A DNA stretch of 56,982 nt, counting the filler, from Sphacelaria rigidula (taxonomy: Eukaryota), in NCBI GenBank assembly GCA_964200075.2. It is 5 parts of 5 records of this genome, joined end to end, with 100 filler letters (N's around TTAATTAATTAA, not from the genome) between each part and the next. Parts side by side here need not be neighbours in the genome. Positions count along the whole stretch, not along the records: positions 22,835 to 34,150 come from CAXNAA020005072.1; positions 34,251 to 45,566 come from CAXNAA020005073.1; 3 more parts are not named here. One strand, written 5' to 3'. Shown piece by piece: positions 25,901 through 38,510 of this stretch. How positions within the stretch are numbered: the stretch's first letter is position 1; every line of letters starts with the position of its first letter. Below the pieces are notes generated by a model. It saw only the letters and a program-made list of their open reading frames with translations. It ran no database searches and was not told the origin of the DNA. Both the position numbers and the translations under genes were made by a program.

Positions 25901-28900
25901 GCCGACTACGAAAAAATTACAAAAATGTCCTACGTATTTCAGACGCAAACTACCGTGGTGTTGAATATGCACCCTGGAATACTGAGTATTTGGGGGTGTC
26001 AATACCCAAAATATTAGAAGTACGCAGTAATTCTACTCTATCGACAACATGCTTATCCTGCAGTATTAGGTACATTTACTACCTTAAAAACCCAGGGTAC
26101 CCTACGGTACGTATCCTACCCTATGCACCTCTGATAGTTTTACTCTTTTACGCTGGATGTCGTCTGGCGCCCTCAAGACGAGCGCTGCACAGGGCCATTA
26201 TTTCCCCCGAAAGCAGGCACATGTACTGGAAGGTCGACAGTACAGTCAGTGATGGGACAGCTGGTGATGAACGTTTGCGATGTTCGGGTGCTTGAACTTT
26301 GGTCAAGTTTTGCCGTGTATTTGCTGTATTCCAGCGAGTGCTCCCGAATATTTGTCTCGGGCTAGTCTATCTAATGAACACGGCTTGATGTTGGATTCAC
26401 GCTAGACCAGTTCACCCGAAGTATCAATCACCTGATCAATCAACTTAGCCGAGCGATGTCCGTTTGTTCGGTAGAAGTATATCCTACGTCTTGGGAGTCC
26501 AGGGACCACGTGCAAACATTTGATGTACAAGTGGTATTGTAGATGATTGGTTTCAAGTGGTGATACGTCAAGTTCCTGACATGAAACGCCTTTGCAAAAG
26601 AAGGCAGGGGTTTGTCGACGTTGTCTTCAAGCGCGACTTTCTTGTGTACAACTTGCGACGCCGTATTTGATGACAGAGAATATAATAATTGACAGATGTC
26701 CGCGCATAGAATTCCTCGTAGACACTCGCTTTCGTGGAGTCAGCATCACAGCATAGCACTTTCTTAAAATAAATCGCGACGGACAACCAAAATAACCTGC
26801 ATCCCAAACTGTATCTCCTCAAGGCGAATTCACGCCCTAGAACCAAGGCAGACCGTCACCCTTCGGCCAAGGGGCGTCCAGAATGTGACCTATTAATAGT
26901 CAAAGCATGCTTTGGGCGAGCTGATTAGGTGCCGCATGCGCCGATTTGAGCAGAAACGCCAGCCGCGAAAGCTGGCGAGCGCTTGGGACTACCAGCCTCG
27001 TAATGGTCCGAATCTAAATGTCTACACGAAAAAGAAGTGTTCCTTTCAACCATGAATTTGTGTCGACGGGTTCACGTAAACTTCACCGGGTGTTTTTTTC
27101 AAACAAGAAGTTCACGGTAATATACATCATAATGGCTGCAGGGCATACGCCATGCAAGGCACATGCCATGTTTCCTTTTTCCTGGCCGTTGTGCTGTCGC
27201 TATCGGTTGCTTGCACCCCACGCGGCGGCGCCTGGCGCCGCCGCCAAGTCTAGCCCGAAACATGAATGCTGCCGTATCTGACTGTGTTGCATGCGGGATA
27301 ATGATAGTACAGTGAAAAGTGTACCGTACTGACCGAGTGAGGCCTCGCAGGCGCAGTATCGTACACCGTGAGCATTGTCGAGTGCCACCGCTTCATGACT
27401 GGAATATTTCGAGTATCTTGTTACCCTGAAAGACTGTTCCTGCGCATGGGCTTGCACTCGAAGTTGATTGCTCCACAATGCGCTGCCGCTTCGATCCGAC
27501 AGCATGGGCGGAACACAACACAAACAAACACAGATGAGCTCTGCGTGCCGCTCCTGCTATCCACAGTACTGTAGGGTAAGATACAAGTATAATGTGTACA
27601 ATATTACATGTCACGGACAGGGCACGCGGTATGGCTTCGCAGGGGGGCATGTTTCTTCACCTTGTTCGAAAGGGAATTACTGGGAACTGCGCTGGTCACA
27701 CCATCATCATCAAACGCCATCGAAAACTATGTGATCGGAACGATTTCATCAATAACTTCTGGCGAAGGAAAACTTTTGGGAGTGTGTGAGGTCTTCCTTC
27801 TCGAGGAAATCTAGGCCAGGTTCAATAGCGCAGAAGTAGGGGGTGCTATACTCCGTCACATCAACACCAGGAAGGCACATGCCGCAATCGAAGCCAAGAA
27901 GACGCGACCACACGAAGAGACAAAACGCATACCCAACATCACATACTTCCCTCACTCATGAATCCTACACCCACAACTACATACACACAAAGTCAATGTT
28001 AGGAAACACGCGACCCCCCTTTCGCCAACTCGGCACCTGCACTCTTGGATATACCAGGCGCGTGCGCCCTGCACGCCATCGCAGTGAGAAGCCCCAAGAA
28101 AGGAAGGCACATGATCCTCCGCTTCGCATGATAGCTCATGATTTGTGTAGCTGAAACACGACCTCGATGCCGCGAAGAAAATCGACGAGAAAATTCCATC
28201 ACATCCTCTGGTCCCCCCCCCCTTTCTGCGCGATGTTCTTCTTCCCTGTACAGTTTACCACAACGGCACCTTGCATTATCATGAGCAAGGCTAAGTACTG
28301 AATATTTTGCGTTTTTTTTATGACCCCGATTTTCATCAGACCCGCAGTTGAAAAAATGTAAATCTCTCTAAAACAACCTGTAAGATAGCTCGCCTCCTCA
28401 CGTGTCGCACACCACACGATCATCTATACTTTAAAAAAGAGATCACTGAGTACAATGTTTTTACCATCACGAAAGTGAAAATTACGATCTCCCCGCCAGC
28501 TCTTTCGAAAGGGTATATTTTACTTGAAAATGACAACTTGACATGGTATTAGAGCATACCCATGTTTTTGTTGGGTTACATATTTCTCGTGTCCGTTTCT
28601 CACAGCATACGCGTGGGTTTTCAAGACCACAGGAGGATAACGTCGCCAACTTGAAAGGTGTGTGAGCTATAAAGATATCGAATATTTGCTTAATGGATCT
28701 CTACCAGAGTGCCAGCTGATATTGCCCTTGGATTGTGATTGCTGCCGCTTTAACAATCCCGATGGGTGCTCTTTACCCTGCTCCAGAGTAGAAGTTAGGG
28801 CGCTACCACCATGATGTACTCGTAGGTCGTAGGCGTGCTGTGTTTATCGCACGGATTAACTGCGTAGTAACCTATCTTTTTCTCTCCGTCTTTCTCTCTG

Positions 28901-29216
28901 CTCGGTATTTTACAACAGTCTCAAAGCGAAAAGCGCCTCGTTGTCGCTGTTGGTGCGATGTATTTCGAGAGTTAGAGTTACACTTGAATGACCACAATAT
29001 TGTTCCGAAATGACCCACTCTGCCCGCATGTACCACGCTGCCGTGGACGTTCCCTGTATCGTCTTATACTCTACATCAAGGGTCTGTCATCTTGCTGGCG
29101 AGGGATCATTTCACTTGACAGATATTCCCAATGCGCGAAAACTTTACCTGCAACTGAATCGTTGGGTATTCATGCAGTACCATTAGCTCAGTACCTCGGT
29201 GCGGCCGGTTTATCAT
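22945..29216 (-). CDS. Tentative spliced gene divergent from XAP5; best exon 22945-23231, candidate exons 27149-27281 and 29148-29216
   Basis: Exon 22945-23231 has a long pyrimidine tract + cacag acceptor, a gtgagg donor and an open phase-1 frame of 95 codons. The candidate upstream exons chain in phase (0->0, 0->1). No family is recognised. Confidence 0.4.
23500..24130. repeat. Cluster of degenerate nested MITE-like repeats rich in gggta/taccc motifs
   Basis: Many short gggtac/taccc(g) motifs in both orientations. No clean TIR/TSD pair could be identified. Confidence 0.5.
24248..25033 (+). mobile_element. Non-autonomous Tc1/mariner (pogo-like) element retaining a Cys/His finger fragment
   Basis: 24-bp TIR cagtag(c/t)ggccccgattttatgcc (23/24), TA on the left flank, and subterminal ttttatgcc repeats. 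The internal frame from 24598 reads KCRKCGKYVHGMCGVQNPESSNECHRLCCREC. Confidence 0.8.
25330..25940. repeat. Dispersed repeat family (two adjacent copies); relatives at ~18300-18540 and ~48180-48400 in reverse orientation
   Basis: Shared motifs agccgaaaa...ggtcaataacaccccctg and tgctgggat. The reverse complement occurs at 18480-18525. Confidence 0.55.
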
Positions 29217-29534
29217 CGTGAACTTGAAATTCGCCCTACTGAAGGTGGAAATTGCAGTTGCGTCTTACTTTTGTAGCCTACCCGCGGAAACAGATCGATC
29301 GCGAAGGAGGAGAAACCCACGCTACGACGGTAGCTCAACCTGTGTTTCTGTTTGTGTAATGAACGGCGCGTGTTTATCCTTTCCCTGAAAGATTGCTGAC
29401 GGGTATTGTGTGTTGTTGCTGCTGCTCCCTCCCCTTTTTTTTTCTGTTTTCTGCTCTTTACTCTTTCTTCGAAGCTTTCGCAAGGGCGGCGGCGGGACAA
29501 CGGAGTTGGCCACTTGCGGCACAACAGCCCCAAA

Positions 29535-32354
29535 ATGGCGGAGCAATTCAAGCGAGGAGATACAGGTATCAACACAGCAGAGGGACAAATATCTGGACCC
29601 CGAGCGGCTCGACTGGCAAAGCAGCGGCAGCAGGATCAGCAAGAGTATGAGAGCAAGCGGCAGAAAATTCAGGTGCGTAGAAATTGTCAAAAGCTAGCTG
29701 CCTTACGCTCCACCCCGGTGGGATGTCAGCAACAATGTCTTTAGTTGAATGATTCGTTGTATTTCATAAACCGATCAGCCACGAATCCAGCCATGCTCAC
29801 AAGATGGGCGCACCCAGGGTAAATAGCATGGAAGAGGTGCCAAAAGAAACTCGAGAAAGGGGAAAGATGAACGAAGAGAAAGCAGAAGAATCTGCAAATG
29901 GAATACAGAGAAGGACAGGAAGGGAACGGACCACCGGGTTAGGATCCATTATAGTACCGGTCCCGGATAAAAAAGTGTGCTTTCATGTCACATGGCTTCA
30001 GGTAAGTAAGGAGGTCGTTCAATAACAAAACAAGGCCGCGGAAGTAGGCTGCGACCGGGCTATCCAAGGACCACACTATTTCGGTAGGGACTGCTCTACA
30101 GGAGCGAGACGTGAACACACACGGCATGAGACAAAATAAAACCAAAAGGAAAAGGGAGGAAGGAGGGGAAGAGAACACGGGTAGGACGAATCAGAGTTCA
30201 TACCAGTCGACTCCTCATGATATGAAAGCAATCATGCTGTATGAACTGTTGAACTCGCTGAGTCGAGGGTGGATAATGCATATGCAGCGCGGTCATCTTG
30301 CGCGCATTACAGCTGTGAAAAAATTACGCGTGGTTCAGGGCCCATCGGAAGTGGAGCTTCAACCTGTGCAACTTGTTGGTCCCGCATGAACCCGAAGGTG
30401 GGAAAAATATACGGGCGCTCACCTCGAACGACTTGGTCAAGCAAGTTGTACATGACGTTCCCGACTCATGATGGTAAGAAGTGCGTGGCATATACAATCG
30501 ATGCATTCAAATTTGCCAGCGCAGGGTTGACTCTCTGCCCATTAATTACCCTGGTATTCACGGAAGGTAGGAAGCGGGTACCTGTGGGTTATACTGCACA
30601 ACGCACGAGCTGAGAAGCTGTACAAATTACAAATGATGTACGAATAGTATGATTTATTCGTTGAAATGATGAATATGAGTGGAATCACGAGTTAGTCGTC
30701 CTGACCGTGAAAAAGAAGAAAACGAAGAAATTACGAGAGAGACGAAATGGGATAGAAGGTAGAAAAAAAATATAAAGATCAGAGGGAACAAGCTCAACGT
30801 ACATGAACAGGAACATAGCTAGGGTGCATAAAGCTGCAAGCCAAGGAAATGAGTCAACAACCAATTGGACAAGACAGGGGTGTACAAGTTTTGTGCTACC
30901 CCCGCCTCCCCCGCCCATCCCTAGTCAAGAGCAAAGTGGGTCATTTCTCATCCTCGTCCTGTTTGGCCGTCTGTAGCCACCATCTATCTCCAAGTATAGC
31001 GATGTTATTCTCGCTACTATCTAACGTACCAAACGGTGTCGGTCTCTCGGGGGCGGGGGAAAGGGTTACTCACTTGTTGCTTGCCTTAGTCGTTTGACCA
31101 TTAACCACGCATCCCTTGCGAGACGGAGCACCGGTCTCCAGGGGGTTGGATACTGACCACAAACACATTATTAACCCTGTGCTGTTCTCCGATAGGCGGT
31201 CCTAGTGTTTACTTGAAAATCAATAGAGGGGCGGCTGAGAAGTAGTATACTTGAGTAGCCGGACAGAAACACTGCCGATCACGTGGACGTGAGCTTGCAT
31301 CACGAAACGAGATATCGATAGTACTTTTTGCGGTACTCTTTTGTTATGTTACACAACATGACCCTCAGCGCCGCCAACCCGTGGCCGCGACCGCGTCTTG
31401 ATATCCTGCCCTTTCGGAATCTTGTCTCTCTGGTAAATGCATGGAACATGGTTGTCGATTCATCGCTTGCCTACACGCAGCCGCTTTTATTGAACAGTGT
31501 TATTATCATGTTCGTGTGAAGGAGTACTCGAAAACAGCCGTTGACGCTATCAACGCTGATGAACGGGTTCCTGCAGGAGGAGTATCACCGGGGAGCCCTG
31601 AAGATCGACGATAAGTTTGGGGGCAGCGCTACGGATCAATATGAGGCCATGTTTAAGGTGCGAAGGGTGTGTGAAGACTATACCAGTGTATTACACAGTG
31701 ATTAATTGCCCGAGCATTGCGGTTCTGCTGTTGGTGATTGATGAATGCTTCAACGTGCCCCGCTCGCTCTCGATCCTGCTTCGCTTTTTCTATCGGCAGA
31801 TCGAAGTTGATGGTTTCCCCATGTTTTCGCGTGTATTACAGTAGCAGTGGTGGTAAGAGTAAGAGAAAGAGTACTAGTCAACATGAATCGTGCGATGTTC
31901 GCTGAAGTGCGCAGTTTTTGCGGGACGTCACGGTTATTCGTCACACGTCCGTGTCAATCACCGCGAATCCCTTCGTTCCCACCCACCCCACCCCTCCCAC
32001 ACGTCTCGCCACAAGTTTTTAAACTCTTGCCATCTCTGCGGTCGTCTATATTCCTATGTTCTGACGCCTGCCCTCGACGACTTTCACGTTGCCGGCGTTC
32101 ATTGTAGGCCACCACGGTGGGACTAGTGACAGCTGACGAGTTCCGAAAAGCCAGAGTTTTGGCCGAGACAGGCGTGGGCGAAAAAGAAGATGAAGACGGC
32201 GGGGCGGAAGGCGAGGGGAGAGCAGTGGCGAAGGATGGTGCGGCAAAGCGAAAAAAAAAGCGAAAACAGAAGAAGCTGATCTCAACGCTTTCGTTTGGGG
32301 AGGAGATAGAGGAGGATGAAACAGCGGGCGAGTCGGGGATGGGTGCGGGTCCAG
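29535..32354 (+). CDS. FAM50: XAP5/FAM50 family nuclear (spliceosome-associated) protein, 5' exons 29535-29672, 31577-31657, 32108-~32354; remainder not found in this contig
   Basis: Spliced translation MAEQFKRGDTGINTAEGQISGPRAARLAKQRQQDQQEYESKRQKIQ|EEYHRGALKIDDKFGGSATDQYEAMFK|ATTVGLVTADEFRKAR...KKLISTLSFGEE matches XAP5 motifs (IDxKF, TVGLVT, LSF). Both introns are phase-0 GT-AG. The exon-3 donor is ambiguous (32354-32374). Confidence 0.9.
30940..31150 (-). mobile_element. Two short LINE 3' fragments in XAP5 intron 1
   Basis: Reverse strand encodes ..IAILGDRWWLQTAKQDED.. and carries the gggatgcgtggt(t/c)aatggtcaaacgact tail seen at 40585-40612. Confidence 0.75.
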
Positions 32355-34150
32355 GTGCGGTCAGGGGTGGGTGGGTAGGCGAAGATGGTTCTACTTTCGG
32401 TACATATGACACCACATGAATATTCGGCCTCATTGATTGTTATACGTTGACTGATGCACATCAGAGTCAGCCGTGGTCAAGAGATGGACGTACCCGAGGT
32501 GGCTACACGGGAAACACGAGCTTGAAAAACAAACATGAAAAGGAGGCCGTACAAAAAGCGAGGCCATGAAATCAGGTAGCGACTTTGCTATCTGGAGACC
32601 GGGCTATTAGGTGGGAAGTCCACACTAGGAACAGCTCTGTGCGCATTGCTCCTAACGTGCCGGGTTTATGATTTTACTTTGAAATCCGGTTTTCATCGCG
32701 AGGCCGAGAGAGGTGGAGGGAACTTGGCGATGGTCGACGCAGTACCGGAGCGCTCATTCAATCCTCAATATGAAATGTCAGGCATGTGTCGGGGGAGAGA
32801 TGAGTGGATCCACTGAGACTCTGGGCTCGTCCCGAGGAGGGGGGGTGGAGTTGGAACTTTGATGACCCCCCTCCCCATCATTGATACAAGTTTTTTGCTG
32901 TCAGTCGCCAGAGGTCTTGAATCCGAGCCGAGACACGTGGAATGTCGAAAAAGTTGCGCGAATCCCCCTCGGATCAGCGGTCAACTTTTTTCTCCCTTTT
33001 GAGCAATCAGGCCGAAGAAATCGTGGATTTGTTGATTCGAACCCGTGATGATTCGTCCTAACCGTGAACTCTTGACTACTCCGTTTCAGTTCTGAAGCTG
33101 ACTTTATCGGGTGCGTTTGACATTTAAGCGACCCCATTGCATAATTTATTCGAGTTACGCAACGACCCTTTGTACAAATGTTCCTTGGACTATCCCGGGA
33201 CGCATGAGTGTTTTTTTTTCAAGACATTCTGTACCGGCTTCCGGGGATCTTCACGCCGGGACCCCCGGGAGCCGGTATAGGGCGGAGAAACGTTAAAATA
33301 TTCCCAACAATTCATTTTTTTCCTTTGAAGCATCAGTACTTGCCGAACAATCAGTTTTGTCGTATGTATGCGTATATATATGTATATATAGAGCAAAATG
33401 TCATATTATACTACCGAGTATAAACCTCGGGTGACGCAAGGTCCCACTCTCCAGTACGGAAAATTGACACCGTTCCCGGGGTACAAGGCCTTCTTTCGGA
33501 ACATTGTCGACGGCTGACCTTCGATTCCGGTAGCCCTGACCCTATGGCTCAGCAGCTCCTCATTTGCTCACGAGCACCATTTTCAATGACTATATATCGT
33601 GCATTTGGTGGTCCCCTATCATTAACTCATACATGAGCAGTTGTTTAACCAGACATCAATTGTTGTTTTCATATCTCCAGCGGTTGGCCCACTCCAACGA
33701 TCGATCTCCGACATCTGGTGACTAACTCTCGGGGTGCAGTATGCACGAGATGCAGTACTACGAGCTTGCTGCAAGGAGGCTGTCATCTACGTGCAAGATA
33801 ATCAGTGCGCTTCGGGCCGAGCAATCTTAGCAGGATGCAGCTCACCCTTCATGCGTCTCGTCGAACACATCACGGCACTTCGTGTTTTGTGATTGATTGC
33901 GAGCCTGGTCCGGCGAAAGCCCAGCGTGCTCCGTCCCGGCTGTGTAGGCATGCGAGGTCAATGGTCTGATGACTACGGCATGCATAATCATGAGTACACC
34001 CGCTCCCCCTTACCCCCCCGACCCTCGGGCATGATGAGACACCCATATAAGCCGTGGCTGTCCCTGGAAGTGGCGATACCAGAAGATAAAGCAACTCATG
34101 GTAGGCTGTCATCAAAATGCAAGATAATCAGTAGGCTTCGGGCCGAACAG

Positions 34151-34250
34151 NNNNNNNNNNNNNNNNNNNNNNNNNNNNNNNNNNNNNNNNNNNNTTAATT
34201 AATTAANNNNNNNNNNNNNNNNNNNNNNNNNNNNNNNNNNNNNNNNNNNN
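34151..34250. other. Artificial contig spacer
   Basis: Same 44N-TTAATTAATTAA-44N structure. Confidence 0.97.
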
Positions 34251-34460
34251 CATTGCACAAAAACCTTTCACATATCTTATCCCCGTCCTGTTTCGCCGTC
34301 TGTGCCCACCATCTATCTCCTGGTATAACCTTCGTTTTCTCCCTACTGTCTGATGCATCAAACGATTTCATGTCATCTTCGTTCATGTCCCGCATTTCCC
34401 CCCTTGGCACGTCTCGTTGTATATTCCTCCTTACATAGTTCACATTCTGCAACTACATGA
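34251..34460 (-). mobile_element. LINE ORF2 C-terminal fragment
   Basis: RGEMRDMNEDDMKSFDASDSREKTKVIPGDRWWAQTAKQDGDKIC, the same family as 39790-40618. Confidence 0.8.
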
Positions 34461-34597
34461 CTTCTGGGAGTGGGGGGGGGGGGGGGGGGGGTTGATACCA
34501 CAAAAGGAGGGGGTGAGGGGGGGGGGGGGGAGCAGGCAACCCCCGCGGGNNNNNNNNNNTTTCTCCTCTCGCTGTTTTCCTGTGTTGGGGGGGGGGT

Positions 34598-34630
<33 letters not shown>

Positions 34631-34699
34631 TTGATTCCACGAAAAGGAGGGCTCATAGGTGGGTCAGACGACATGCCACACTCGCGGTGCACTTGTATC

Positions 34700-34860
34700 T
34701 GGGTAAAAATGGCGTCAAGCAGTATGAATGAGCGTGATGTATCGACAACAAGCGCATTCGAACAACCGTTGCTGTTTTCAACGATGATGTGCAGTGGAAC
34801 TTTGTGGAAGAAACGGCAGAAAAATATCACTCCCCCCTGTCGTAGCATGACTCTCATCAA
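34700..34860 (+). repeat. Dispersed repeat end motif; related copies at 35280-35320, 45667-45718 and reverse 49725-49880
   Basis: Shared ..gcagtatg(a/g)at(g/a)agcgt..caacaagc..ttcgaac..cgttgctg..cccccct(g/a)tcgtag(c/g)atgactc. Confidence 0.65.
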
Positions 34861-35410
34861 TAGATTGCCCTGTGTCTAGGGCGCTTCCAATTTCAACTTA
34901 TTCCAGTGTTTGGGACGTTGCCGTCTCGGATTTCGGCGGTGAACCCGGAGTGGTCTCGGCTGGGCCCTCTACTCTAAAATGAAGGCCTGCCCGTAACTTA
35001 TTTTGTATTTAGACGTGGTATTTATCTCCTTACGGTAGTAGTGGAGGGACTGGTGGAGTCGTTTCAGTACCAAAACGCCCAGGTATCATGTAAATAAATG
35101 CTTTGTTTTGTGTCTCGTTCGAATCACGTGTTGCATGAAAAACTACCTGTACTGCAGTTTGGTAGCGTCCTTGCATCCCTTGCCAAAAACTACGGTCCCC
35201 GCGCCTTGTACACAATACAGTTAATGATAACCAGAGCATGTCGATGGCGTTTATTTCATGCGTATCCGTTTTCGAGCTGGAGAAATATCACTCCCCCCTG
35301 CTGTAGCATGACTCTGATCAATGGCTCATTTCCTCATAAGTATCGTTTTTTCGTCGCTGAAAACGAGAGGGCGTGAGTACGGTCGCAACGTCGACGAGGC
35401 GCCTCCACAT

Positions 35411-35667
35411 CAGTGATGCTACGGTAGGGGTACCGAAATATCTTCCGAGGTTAGAATTGTTAGGAGCCCCTGATCTCATCCAAAACACGACCTATGAAAA
35501 TGTGCGAGAGTACGCCAGGATTACTATTCCAATGTGCTAGGGATATCGCGAATAAATCTGCAAACGGGGATGCCCTGGTCCATATTCTTGTGCGTCTAAA
35601 GTCGTTAGGAGCCCGTGGACCAGACAAAATTTCGCGAAAAAAGTGCACCTCTACCGTAGCATTGCTC
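35411..35667. mobile_element. ~257-bp MITE, same family as 51163-51420 in opposite orientation
   Basis: TIR cagtgatgctacggtag / ctaccgtagcattgctc. The internal atctcatccaaaacacgac...gagagtacgccagg...gctagggatatc matches the reverse complement of the 51163 copy. Confidence 0.8.
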
Positions 35668-36041
35668 CACTCCCTATCGTAGCATGACTTGATACTGTAT
35701 TTATTTGCCAGGAATCGAGCGTTCAACTCCGCCCTCATCATCTTTAACATATATGTACTCCTTCGACCACGACGCAGCGGCAGTAATTTGGTTTTGTATC
35801 GACCTTTAATGGCATGCAGGTACGTGTCAGGGAGTTTGCGTAGGGGGCATATTCCGAACGGGGCTATTTTTTTCCCCGAAATATCCGACGTTCGCGGAGG
35901 GAAAAAACAAACAAATTTCCTTTTCAAAAATCGGGAGAGCATATTTCTTGACCAGGTTAGACAGCAGGTCATTTCTGAGCCTGGCTACAGATTTCTCCGA
36001 AAATCTAGCGTCTGGGGCTGACGTTTTTCCCCAGCATAGAT

Positions 36042-36095
36042 CCTTCTCCACAACAAAACCTACTTCAGTATAGCTAGGTTTTGTTGTGGAGAAGG
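36042..36095. repeat. Perfect 21-bp inverted repeat with 12-nt loop
   Basis: ccttctccacaacaaaaccta - cttcagtatagc - taggttttgttgtggagaagg. Confidence 0.95.
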
Positions 36096-36418
36096 GAAAA
36101 ATGCAAGTTTTCGGGAAAAGTCGAACAAGTACCTGAAAAAAAGCGCTAATTTCATTATATAATGTCCCGTACCACGAGGTGAATATTTCCGTCCAATTTC
36201 CATCCTCTGTTTCGGGTTCACGCGCACTCTTCCAGCGCTGATACTCTCGTCGTCAGTACAGTCAGAATAGCCCTTGCCTGTGCACGTGAGCGCTCGAACA
36301 ACAATGAGAACGGTTCGACGGGAACGTTGCTCGTTGTCGACCTATAGAAAGCGGTTTAGAGTGTTGCGCTCATCAAACTGTCGTGTAAGAGGGGATCCCG
36401 AGGAATAAATAAATGCTG

Positions 36419-36766
36419 TTGTGTGTGTGTTGTCGTCCCTTCTATTCTGGACGCCGCTCTATACCTTTGGGTATATGTGGGCGCATCAGCCGGGGTCACA
36501 CAGGAGAAAGGTCAACACAGAAGCTTTTTTTTCAATGTTTTGAGTACCCTCACCGTCCTTACGGTGCTTGCCTTTATTCTTTATCGCGAGAGGGGTCCCG
36601 CAGTCCTTTTCCCTCGTCGACCGTGAAGTCGAATTTTGTGTACCCACGACATCGTCGCTCTCCACTGTTGGGCATGGTGTGAGAACAGATCCCAGATCGC
36701 TCCGAGATTTGGACCCACGACCCAACCCTCAATTCGAGGTTACCAACTGAGTCACCGGGGCGACCG
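36419..36766 (-). mobile_element. Full-length tRNA-derived SINE with (CA)n tail
   Basis: Minus-strand head cggtcgccccggtgactcagttgg (A box) ... gggtccaaatct (B-box-like), CA tail, and 8-bp TSD aaatgctg at 36411-36418 and 36767-36774. Confidence 0.88.
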
Positions 36767-37679
36767 AAATGCTGGGATTGAGGATGTAACCCGCGAAATG
36801 CGCGCGCTGTTAATAGAGGGTTCGACTCGTAAGGTGATGAACATTATTCGTTACATCAGAAGTCTCGTGGGGAGCGCGAGTCTCACACAGTAGAGACCCG
36901 TATGACGATTGTACGGAGAAAATATCTATTATACCAAAACGAACGTGAAGAAAAAAATCATCGAAGTCCTTAGACTTCCCGCTTGTTCGCCCAGTATAAT
37001 TCAGTCAGCAAGTACCACATGGGTACTCTGCAGTATTACGCCTCACGACTCTTCACAAGCAATTGATTGCCGCTGCGCCATTTTCCACCCCTCTCGAGAG
37101 CCCAAACCCTGCAGCGTTTCGCTGTAGACTACTGGCTGTACTAAACCTAGAACAACCGGTACGTTATACCTACGAGCTGGGTCAGCCTAAAAACGGATTT
37201 AAGCTCTGAAAAAAGGAATATCTCATCGGCACAGACGAGTTGGGCCGTGATCCGCATATCGTATTAATCGTCCAATCAAGGAGAAGGTGCCCATCTGCTC
37301 AAAACATTTTGGGCCCATATTTTCTCGTTGATTANNNNNNNNNNTATTTATGAAACTCCCGATCGATGCATTTAGCGGATGGCGACGAATTTGGTATGGA
37401 GAACCACGAAAGAGTGCCAAAAAAAAATATATATATATGAGCCTTAATTTTTTCTTTTCTCATAGAGGTTAGGGCGTTCTCGTGAAGAAATGGTGTTTAC
37501 CATAGTAGAATGCCCTAAACCAGTGAAAAAAAATGAAAATAAATCAACCTGACCCACTTTTTTTTGTTAATTATGCCTTAGAGAGCGCCCACACAAAATT
37601 TCAATACACGAAAACCAAACGTGGGCCGGTGAGTGGCCTGCGCAATACTGTTCCGAATTTCTACCGACCCGGTTTTTGA

Positions 37680-37949
37680 TAGGCCCATGCTCTTTTATAC
37701 ATTTAGAGTTGGACCCTGAAATTTGGTATGGACAATGAATTGGGCATGGAAAAAAAATATCTCGGTACCAAAATATATATTTTTCAAGAGTTGAGGGCAA
37801 TAATCAGTGTTCAGGTATCAGTAAAATGCCTTCAACTCATGAAAAGAAAAAACAAATTGGTACCGAGGTAATTTTTTCTTCATGCCCTATTCATTGTCCA
37901 TACCAAACTTCAGGGCCCAACTCAAAATGTATAAAAGAGCATGGGCCTG
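37680..37949. mobile_element. Foldback MITE with ~120-bp arms
   Basis: (t/c)aggcccatgctcttttatacattt...tttggtatggacaatgaat...ctcggtaccaa is mirrored on both sides. No TSD is recognised. Confidence 0.8.
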
Positions 37950-37985
37950 CAAACTTCAAATCCGCCTCTAGGCTGGCCCAGCTCG

Positions 37986-38510
37986 TACTGTGATCTATTA
38001 TACCGCGATGACCGGGGGCGCCCACACACCTCAACCGGTAACCTTTTTGAAACACTCGCCGTACTCCGTGTATTTGTTAAGGTACTACATGAACAACTGA
38101 GCGACCACTCAGTCAGCGCTCCTAGAATAACAGGTACGTTGTACCTGCTGTGATCTATTTTACCGCGATAACCGGGGGCGCCTACACGCCTCAACCGGTA
38201 ACCTTTTTGAAACACTTGCCGTACTCTCTTGTGTATTCTTCAAGGTACTACAATAATAACTTAGCGACCACTCAGTCAGCGCTCCTAGAATAACGGGTAC
38301 ATCGCACCTACTGTGATCTACTCCTACTACTGTGATTTATGTACCGCGATAACCGGGGGCGCCCACACGCCTCAACCGGTAACCCTTCGAAACACTTGCT
38401 GTACTTACTCTCTGTATTTGTGAAGGTACCACAAAAACCGCTGAGCGACCGGTCAGTCGGGACTGACTGACTAGTGGCTCAGTGGTTACTATATTGTAGT
38501 ACCTTAACAG
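37986..38510. repeat. ~161-bp tandem repeat, ~3 copies, last copy ending in a partial inversion
   Basis: taccgcgat(g/a)accgggggcgcc...cctcaaccggtaacc...aaggtac recurs at ~38000, ~38161 and ~38342. Confidence 0.85.

Noticed and set aside
25687..26295. 202-aa plus-strand ORF
   Set aside because: It spans pieces of different dispersed non-coding repeats and has no domain.
26300..26850. Decayed viral or TE coding sequence on the minus strand
   Set aside because: Composition looks coding-like, but there are multiple stops and no recognisable motif. TBLASTX would be needed.
34465..34630. G-quadruplex cluster or Pro/Gly-rich ORFs
   Set aside because: These are homopolymer runs next to a 10-N gap; sequence quality is doubtful and such runs are common in this genome.
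36690..36766. Functional tRNA gene
   Set aside because: It has A/B boxes but no intact cloverleaf, and it is the head of a multi-copy SINE with a TSD.
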